Shown: in pieces, positions 56,550 to 64,000 of the stretch
Layout: the number at the start of each line of letters is the position of its first letter
How positions within the stretch are numbered: the stretch's first letter is position 1
Made by a program: the position numbers and the translations under genes
Notes under the pieces: generated by a model
Database searches by the model: none
Told to the model about the DNA's origin: nothing
Seen by the model: only the letters and a program-made list of their open reading frames with translations
DNA from: Gemmatimonadaceae bacterium
Lineage (GTDB): Bacteria > Gemmatimonadota > Gemmatimonadetes > Gemmatimonadales > Gemmatimonadaceae
Reading direction: 5' to 3'
Length of the DNA stretch: 64,000 bases
Assembly (NCBI GenBank): GCA_045803545.1
Contig: JBJMOW010000005.1
Location: 800,001-864,000 of the forward strand

Positions 56550-56569
56550 AGCTCTGACGTGAGGCACAC

Positions 56570-57088
56570 ATGATCGAGCACGACTTCGACGAGGAATTTG
56601 TACCCATTGCGGCCGAGCTGCAGCGACTGCCGTATATGTCGCCATCTCGGGACTTTGCCGATCGTGTGATCGCCGGGATCGATCGTTTGCAGCCCGCCAT
56701 GGATGCAAAGTCCATGGTAGCCTCCAGGCATCATTTGGAGCTGCACCGTGGCGGGCAAGCCGTCGCTCAGCGTCGCCCGATGGGAGTCGCCCGGGCTACG
56801 GGAACCGCCGTCGTTGGCGTCGCCTTCATCGCCGCGGCCGCGTTCATGTTCTTCGAAGTCGACGTGCTCACCGCGATGATGAGCGCCGCGGTCAGCCAGT
56901 ATGCCTTCACAATCGCCGCGGTCGGAACGCAGCTGGGCGCTTTGGTGCTCGGCGCTGACACGATCGCTTACCTGCAGGCCGGTGCCGTTCAGGCGATGCT
57001 CCTCTACATGGCGCTGTTCGTCGGACTGGTGAGCGGATACGCGGGTATCCGCACGGCCGCACAAATCGCCAAACGAAAGGCCGCCTGA
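56570..57088 (+). CDS. putative membrane anti-sigma factor
   Basis: LP..SPSRDFADRVI cytoplasmic motif followed by hydrophobic helices; downstream of the ECF sigma. Confidence 0.65.
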   Translation: MIEHDFDEEFVPIAAELQRLPYMSPSRDFADRVIAGIDRLQPAMDAKSMVASRHHLELHRGGQAVAQRRPMGVARATGTAVVGVAFIAAAAFMFFEVDVLTAMMSAAVSQYAFTIAAVGTQLGALVLGADTIAYLQAGAVQAMLLYMALFVGLVSGYAGIRTAAQIAKRKAA

Positions 57089-57089
57089 C

Positions 57090-58040
57090 GTGAACAAGAT
57101 TCTGATTCCCGCTTACTGCATAATGGCGCTCGCCACTGCACACCAGGCGAGCGCGCAGGATGGTCGCAGCGTTCGACTGGCGGGGCTCAGAAAGTACGCG
57201 CAGGTAGTCACTGGCGATTACACGATCCCAGCCGGCGCCAGCACGTCGGGCTCGGTGATGGTATTGCGCGGCAATCTCGACATCTATGGCAACGTCGATG
57301 GCGCCGCGACCGCGGTGCTTGGCGACGTTGTGGTCCACGACGGGGGCCGAGTCCGAGGCGGCGCCGTCGCGCTCGGTGGGCGAGTAGTGAATGAAGGTGG
57401 CTCGATCATGGGTGTGGTCAAGGAAGTTGGTCCGACCCACAACAGATCGACCGTCAGCTTCGGCGGCCGACCGCGCACCACACTTGGCTCGTTGATCTCC
57501 GCGTTCATATGGCTCCTCGTGCTGCTGCTCGTCGGCACCATCGTCGCGCTTTACATGCGTGACTACTTCAAGCGCACGGTCGAAGTTGTCACCAACGAGA
57601 GCGGCAAGTCCCTGCTCGCCGGAATCCTTGGCGGATTGATTTCGATTCCGGCGCTCGTCGCGATCGTCGTTGCATTCGCGATTACCATCATCGGCGTCTT
57701 CTTCATTCCAATTGGCGTCGCTGCATTTCTGATTGCGATCTCCGGAATCGCGATGCTCGGATTCCTCGCCGTCGCTCAGGTGACCGGAATCGCGATCGCC
57801 GGCAAGCGGGCGGCAGAGACGCCAGCGGGTCAGGAGCTGCAGTTCCTCTACACGGGTATCATCGCATTCAGTGCGCTGTGGATCATCGCCGCCGTATTCA
57901 CGTGGTTCCCGGTGCTCGGCACGATCCTGCGGATGTTCGCCTTCTCGGTCACCCTCGTCGCCGTGGCAACCGGGTTCGGCGCGGTCATACTGACACTGTG
58001 GCGCACTCGCGCCAGGAAAAACTCAGTAGCAACGGCCTGA
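57090..58040 (+). CDS. membrane protein with beta-helix (bactofilin-like) N-domain and multi-TM C-domain
   Basis: Signal peptide, G.V.G..V..GG repeats, then about 5 TM helices. Confidence 0.7.
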   Translation: MNKILIPAYCIMALATAHQASAQDGRSVRLAGLRKYAQVVTGDYTIPAGASTSGSVMVLRGNLDIYGNVDGAATAVLGDVVVHDGGRVRGGAVALGGRVVNEGGSIMGVVKEVGPTHNRSTVSFGGRPRTTLGSLISAFIWLLVLLLVGTIVALYMRDYFKRTVEVVTNESGKSLLAGILGGLISIPALVAIVVAFAITIIGVFFIPIGVAAFLIAISGIAMLGFLAVAQVTGIAIAGKRAAETPAGQELQFLYTGIIAFSALWIIAAVFTWFPVLGTILRMFAFSVTLVAVATGFGAVILTLWRTRARKNSVATA

Positions 58041-58071
58041 ATGGCCTGACGCTTGCCGCCGCTGTGAGCCC

Positions 58072-58992
58072 ATGGTCATCCTGGGCTACCGAGCCGGAGC
58101 ATTACTAAAGAAGACCTGGAAAGAGACTCTCGAGGATAACGTCCTCGGTATCGCGTCTCAGGTCGCATACAACTTCTTCTTCTCGCTTTTCCCGCTTCTC
58201 CTCTTCCTCGCGCCGATGCTGAGTTTGCTCGGCGCCAAGCGGACGGTCGTGTCGGATCTGTTGAGCCGCTTCTCCGAATTCATGCCGGCCCCGGCGTTCG
58301 CGCTCTTCTCAAAAGTCGTGACGGATATCGTGTTCGCGCAGAACGCGCCTGGCTTGATCTCGCTCGGATTCGTGCTCGCGATATGGTCCGGTTCCAACAT
58401 CTTTACGACTTTCATGGATGCGCTCGACACCGCGTACGACGTAACGGATCCGCGACCGTGGTGGAAAAAGCGGCTGATCGCGATCGCGGTGATGTTCGGC
58501 TGGGCAATCATCATCACGCTGGTGACCGGAATCCTGCTGGCCGGCGACACCATCATCGGATTCATGCGCGACCGACTGGGAATGGGGAGCGCCTCCCTTA
58601 CAGTCTGGGCGTGGCTGCAATTCCCGTTGGCGATTGTGCTGCTGGTGTCGTTTCTATTCCTGATGTATTGGGCGCTGCCCTATGTCAAACAGGACAAAAC
58701 GCAGATACTGGTCGGATCGGTCGCCGCGGCGATTCTATTTATCGTGGCGACGCTCGTCTTTCGATTGTACGTCCAGCATTTCCCGCCCAACAAGACCTAC
58801 GGGACCATCGGAGCCGTGATGGTGTTGCTGACCTGGATGTACGTGATCTCGGTTGTGATTCTGATTGGTGGCGAGCTCAACTCAGAGCTGCACCTCGGAA
58901 CCGGATCAGTTGCCTCAAAGAAGGGCAGCGTTTACGCGGGCCGAATCGCCAGCGGGGAGCAGCCCGCTCAGTCGTCGAGCAAGATCGATTAG
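58072..58992 (+). CDS. YihY/virulence factor BrkB family membrane protein
   Basis: AYNFFFSLFPLL, TYGTIGAVMVLLTWMY...ILIGGELN. Confidence 0.92.
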   Translation: MVILGYRAGALLKKTWKETLEDNVLGIASQVAYNFFFSLFPLLLFLAPMLSLLGAKRTVVSDLLSRFSEFMPAPAFALFSKVVTDIVFAQNAPGLISLGFVLAIWSGSNIFTTFMDALDTAYDVTDPRPWWKKRLIAIAVMFGWAIIITLVTGILLAGDTIIGFMRDRLGMGSASLTVWAWLQFPLAIVLLVSFLFLMYWALPYVKQDKTQILVGSVAAAILFIVATLVFRLYVQHFPPNKTYGTIGAVMVLLTWMYVISVVILIGGELNSELHLGTGSVASKKGSVYAGRIASGEQPAQSSSKID

Positions 58993-60099
58993 CGCTTTGG
59001 CAGCGTCGGCATTCGGATCCGAGACAACTATCGGCTCCCCGCGGTCGCCACCCTGAAGCACTCCCGGGAAGAACGGAATCTGGCCAAGCACGGCAACGCC
59101 GAGCTCCTCGGAGAGTCGCTTGCCCCCGCCTTCGCCGAAGATGAAGTGGCGCTGTTCGCAGTGCGGGCAGATGAAGTAGCTCATGTTCTCGACAACGCCG
59201 AGCACCGGTACCGCCACTCGCTCGAACATTTTGGCGCCGCGAAGCGCATCGCCTGACGCAACTTCCTGCGGCGTGGTGACGATGATCGCGGCGTGCACCA
59301 TCGTCGCCTGCACCAGCGACAGCTGCGCGTCTCCTGTCCCTGGCGGCATGTCGACGAGGAAGTAGTCGAGCTCGCCCCATTGCACGTCGCGCAGAAACTG
59401 GGTGATGATCTTCATGATGATCGGCCCGCGCCAGATTGCCGGCTGATCGCGCTCGATCATGAAGCCGAGGCTCATGATTTTGACGCCGTGCGCCTGAAGC
59501 GGGATGATTTTTTCATTTGCGACCGGCGGCGCGGCGTTGATGCCCATCATGCGCGGGATGTTCGGCCCGTAGATATCCGCGTCCATCAGGCCGACGCGTG
59601 CGCCTTGCTGGGCGAGGGCTACAGCGAGGTTGGCGGCCACAGTCGATTTGCCGACGCCACCCTTTCCGCTGGAGACAGCGATGATGTTGCCTAGGTGCGG
59701 ATAGGCGACGGGCGTCGGTGCGGGAACGCCGGCGCGCTTCGACTGGGGTTCCTGTCCCATCACTGGCAAGGCACGCGGCGCCGGTTTCGGAGCGGCGTGC
59801 TGCACACGAGTGTTGTCCGGCTGGGCGATTATTGGAGAGCGTTGAGTGGTGGCCTGCGATGCGTCCTTCACATCAACGCGCACGTCCGTCACGCCGGGTA
59901 CCTGCTGCAGCGTTTGTCTAACCTCGCGCACCACTGTCGCGTCGTCATCGGCAGAGAGAAAGAGACTGAGTCGGACTTTGCCGTCAGTGGTTGTCGCGAT
60001 GTCGCGCACCATTTCCGCTTCGAGGACGTTGGCGCCGACGCGGTTATTCCGGATGCGTGAGAGCGCGTCCGTGATACGTTCCTGAAGGTTCAGGCTCAT
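58915..60099 (-). CDS. mrp: Mrp/ApbC Fe-S cluster carrier ATPase
   Basis: SGKGGVGKST, DADIYGP, WRGP, DMPPGTGD, ENMSYFICPHC. Confidence 0.95.
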   Translation of the reverse strand: MSLNLQERITDALSRIRNNRVGANVLEAEMVRDIATTTDGKVRLSLFLSADDDATVVREVRQTLQQVPGVTDVRVDVKDASQATTQRSPIIAQPDNTRVQHAAPKPAPRALPVMGQEPQSKRAGVPAPTPVAYPHLGNIIAVSSGKGGVGKSTVAANLAVALAQQGARVGLMDADIYGPNIPRMMGINAAPPVANEKIIPLQAHGVKIMSLGFMIERDQPAIWRGPIIMKIITQFLRDVQWGELDYFLVDMPPGTGDAQLSLVQATMVHAAIIVTTPQEVASGDALRGAKMFERVAVPVLGVVENMSYFICPHCEQRHFIFGEGGGKRLSEELGVAVLGQIPFFPGVLQGGDRGEPIVVSDPNADAAKALIDLARRLSGLLPAGDSARVNAALL

Positions 60100-60377
60100 G
60101 CTGTCGAGTCGACGTTTGCGACGACGAACTTGAGCTCGGTGATACGTCGTTTGAGCTGGACTTCGATGCCTTGCATGAACGTCACGACGGACGCGTTGCA
60201 GTCCTGGCAGCCGCCGGTGACGTGAAGGATCGCAGTACCGGTGGCGGGATCGAATCCATCGAGCTCGATTGCGCAGTCGTCGATGCGGAGGATCGGCAGT
60301 ATCTCAGCGAGACCGCGACGGATGTCGTGCTCTATATCAGCCTGCGGCCGACCTCGTTTGCGGCGAAGAACGCTCAT
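60096..60377 (-). CDS. NifU/NfuA-like C-terminal domain protein
   Basis: ILPILRIDD..IEL...GGCQDC...GIE. Confidence 0.75.
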   Translation of the reverse strand: MSVLRRKRGRPQADIEHDIRRGLAEILPILRIDDCAIELDGFDPATGTAILHVTGGCQDCNASVVTFMQGIEVQLKRRITELKFVVANVDSTA

Positions 60378-60416
60378 GACGGCAAGTTAGATGGGAGCCA
60401 TCGGAGTTGCTACCGT

Positions 60417-61487
60417 TCAGGCCGCGCCTTCACCCGCCGGATCTTCGTCCTTGTCGTGCATGGCGAGAAACTCACGCGCCGCAGAAACGACTTTCTTCTG
60501 CACTGCTTCGAGACTGCCCTCGATCAGGGCCCCTGCCGCGCGCGCGTGACCGCCGCCGTCGAACTGACGCGCGAACGTATTAACGTCGACATCGCCGGTG
60601 CTGCGGAACGAAACCTTCACTTTTTCGTGGCCGAGATCCCGGAAAAAGAGTGCCAGCCTCGTTCCACCGATGGAGCGCGGATGCTCGGCGATTCCCTCGA
60701 GATCTTCGGACTTGAGGCCATACTGCTCGGCGGCGCCCGCGGCAACCGAGATCCACGAAATGCCGTACTCGGGATCGACCTCGAGCGTCGCCAGCGCGTC
60801 GCGCAAAAGATGCAATCGACCAACCGGCATCGATGCGTAGAGCCGGCCGTACATCTCCTCCGGCTCGACACCCGACGCGATCAACTGACCGGCGATGCTC
60901 AGGCAGCGCGCAGTGGTGTTGCTGAAGCGGAAACCGCCCGTGTCGGTCAGTAAAGCGACGTAAAGCGACCGCGCGATATCGGGCGTCAGCTCGAGGCCGA
61001 CGCACGTCGCGAAATCGTAAATGAGCTCCCCCGTCGCGCACGCCGCGGTATCAGCCAGCAACAGCTTGCTGGGCGGCTCGTCGCTTGGCAAATGATGATC
61101 GATCACCAGCTTCGGAATCGTCAGGCGCCGCACCGCCTCGGCAAGCACACCGAGCCTCTTTACATCCGAGATGTCGAGCACGACCAGCACATCGGCTTCC
61201 TTGAGTGCCTTGGCGCCCATGTCACTCGCGTCGCGGACGTCATCGCCGAGCAGGAACTTGTACATGTCCGGCCACGGTGTCGGGTTGACGATTCGAGACC
61301 GAATTCCCATCTGACCGAGCAGTCGGGCGAGCGCGGTCTCTGAACCGCAGCCGTCGCCGTCGGCATTGATGTGAGTAGATATTGCGACAGAGCGTCCCGC
61401 GCGGAGCTCCTGCGCGAGACGCTCGATCGACTCCCGTCGCTGCTGGGGAACGGCTAGGAGATCAAGCACTGCCTTCCGCTTGCGCAA
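60417..61487 (-). CDS. nrnA: DHH family oligoribonuclease/PAP phosphatase; start uncertain
   Basis: [36 protein letters not shown]. Confidence 0.92.
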   Translation of the reverse strand: MRKRKAVLDLLAVPQQRRESIERLAQELRAGRSVAISTHINADGDGCGSETALARLLGQMGIRSRIVNPTPWPDMYKFLLGDDVRDASDMGAKALKEADVLVVLDISDVKRLGVLAEAVRRLTIPKLVIDHHLPSDEPPSKLLLADTAACATGELIYDFATCVGLELTPDIARSLYVALLTDTGGFRFSNTTARCLSIAGQLIASGVEPEEMYGRLYASMPVGRLHLLRDALATLEVDPEYGISWISVAAGAAEQYGLKSEDLEGIAEHPRSIGGTRLALFFRDLGHEKVKVSFRSTGDVDVNTFARQFDGGGHARAAGALIEGSLEAVQKKVVSAAREFLAMHDKDEDPAGEGAA

Positions 61488-62967
61488 GCTTCGAATTCTT
61501 GCGGCTGTACGTGAAGTAAATGACGAAACCGAGGATCATCCAGTAGATCAGTCGCTCCCAGGTCGCAGCCGGCAGGCTGTACATCATGTAGCCGCAAATG
61601 AGGATGCCCAGGATCGGAACCAGTGGGACGAGCGGCGTACGGAACGGACGCGCCAGATTCGGCGACTTGTAGCGCAGCGCGATGACGCCGGCGCACACGA
61701 TGACGAAGGCCAACAGCGTGCCGATCGAGACCAGCTCGCCGAGCAGGCCGATTGGGAACAGACCGGCCATCACCGCCGCGACGATACCGGTGAGAATCGT
61801 CGTCACGTACGGAGTCTTGAACCGCGGGTGGACTTTGCCGAATACCGGCGGCAGCAGACCGTCACGCGCCATCGAGTAGAACACGCGCGGCTGTCCCATC
61901 AACATCACCAGCACCACTGACGCGAGTCCGGCGATCGCACCGATGTTGATGATCGAAGCGAGCCACGCCAGCGCTGGTCCAGCCTTGTCGATCGCGACGA
62001 ACACCGGGTGTGGAACGTCGAGGTCTTTGTAGTTCGCCAGTCCCGTCATCACCAGCGACATCAGGATGTAGAGCACGGTACATATACCCAGCGAAGCGAG
62101 AATCCCGATCGGCATATCCTTCTGGGGGTTTTTGGCCTCCTGCGCCGCCGTCGACACCGCGTCGAATCCGATATAGGCGAAGAAGACTACAGCGGCGCCG
62201 CGCACAATCCCGCTCCAGCCGTAGTGTCCCCTCTCACCGGTGTTAGCGGGCAGGAATGGATGCCAGTTCGCCTGATTTACGTACATGAAACCGAAGCCGA
62301 TCACCAGCAGAACGATTGCGACCTTGAGAATGACGATGAAGTTGTTGAAGCGCGCCGACTCTTTGATTCCAATCACCAGCAGCGTGGTCATCAGGGCAAT
62401 GATGAAGACCGCGGGAAGATTTACGACGGCGCCAGGAACGTGGGAGAAACCAGCTGGATGAAGAACGGCCTGCGTAACCGGATCGAGCTCCGGCGCATCG
62501 GCGTAGTAGTAGGGCGCGCTGGTAAACGCCGTTGACATTTTTATTCCTATTTGCTGCATGAACGCGTCGAAGTATCCTGACCAACCCACCGCCACCGTCG
62601 ACGCTCCGAACAGATACTCGAGGATAAGATCCCAGCCGATGATCCAGGCGACGAATTCGCCGAGCGTCGCGTAGCCGTAGGTGTAAGCGCTGCCGGCGAC
62701 CGGAATCATGCTCGCGAATTCGGCGTAGCAGAGTCCCGCGAAAAGGCATCCCAAACCGGATACAATGAACGAGAGAACGATGGCGGGACCGGCGTACTTG
62801 GCCGCCGCGGTTCCCGTCAGGACGAAAATTCCGGCGCCGATGATGGCGCCGATTCCCAGCGTCGTAAGGTTCAGCGCGCCAAGAGCGCGTCGAAGGGTGT
62901 GCGCCTCGCCTTCGCCTGCCGCTTCCTGCTGCAGTACGGCGATGCTCTTCTTCGTCCCTAAGCCCAT
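61462..62967 (-). CDS. APC family amino acid permease
   Basis: [39 protein letters not shown]. Confidence 0.95.
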   Translation of the reverse strand: MGLGTKKSIAVLQQEAAGEGEAHTLRRALGALNLTTLGIGAIIGAGIFVLTGTAAAKYAGPAIVLSFIVSGLGCLFAGLCYAEFASMIPVAGSAYTYGYATLGEFVAWIIGWDLILEYLFGASTVAVGWSGYFDAFMQQIGIKMSTAFTSAPYYYADAPELDPVTQAVLHPAGFSHVPGAVVNLPAVFIIALMTTLLVIGIKESARFNNFIVILKVAIVLLVIGFGFMYVNQANWHPFLPANTGERGHYGWSGIVRGAAVVFFAYIGFDAVSTAAQEAKNPQKDMPIGILASLGICTVLYILMSLVMTGLANYKDLDVPHPVFVAIDKAGPALAWLASIINIGAIAGLASVVLVMLMGQPRVFYSMARDGLLPPVFGKVHPRFKTPYVTTILTGIVAAVMAGLFPIGLLGELVSIGTLLAFVIVCAGVIALRYKSPNLARPFRTPLVPLVPILGILICGYMMYSLPAATWERLIYWMILGFVIYFTYSRKNSKLAQAEGSA

Positions 62968-63072
62968 TAGAAAGCTCCGAAATCGTTGGGTGTTTGACGC
63001 GCGAACACGAACTTCGACACTGCAACGCCGCCAGAAGTTGTGGCGGCGTGAGAAAACCTGTCAAGCGAATCG

Positions 63073-64000
<928 letters not shown>

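Overview
GC-rich bacterial chromosome segment, probably Gemmatimonadota (inferred from gene content and style, not verified). Most of it is housekeeping: pstCAB-B-phoU, a PiT/DUF47 pair, rhomboid, dnaK, degP, tRNA-Leu(TAG), tig-clpP-clpX-lon-engB, trpE, LPS genes, maf-dtd-glmS-glmM, purD-mutM, futalosine-type menaquinone genes, an ECF sigma/anti-sigma pair, mrp, nrnA and partial guaB. The standout is a ~10.8 kb minus-strand locus between dnaK and degP (8107-18880). It encodes four exported lipoproteins that share a short motif, [FY]-[SG]-R-Y-[IM]-L-[AI]-S-G. Two are ZU5-like proteins ending in HF|SRYMLASG (the HFS autoproteolysis signature), and two are small, low-complexity pre-peptide-like lipoproteins. 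The locus also carries two cytoplasmic TPR-only proteins, two TPR-HD-GYP phosphodiesterases, a sensor-less sigma54 activator whose C-terminus (RRTILASS) resembles the motif, and an orphan oligopeptide-binding protein. Three sigma54 promoters with the same upstream spacing drive the motif-bearing genes. My inference is a peptide-signalling (RRNPP-like/tethered-ligand) circuit feeding sigma54 transcription and cyclic-dinucleotide turnover. I could not check novelty against databases. No CRISPR array, integrase or transposase was seen.
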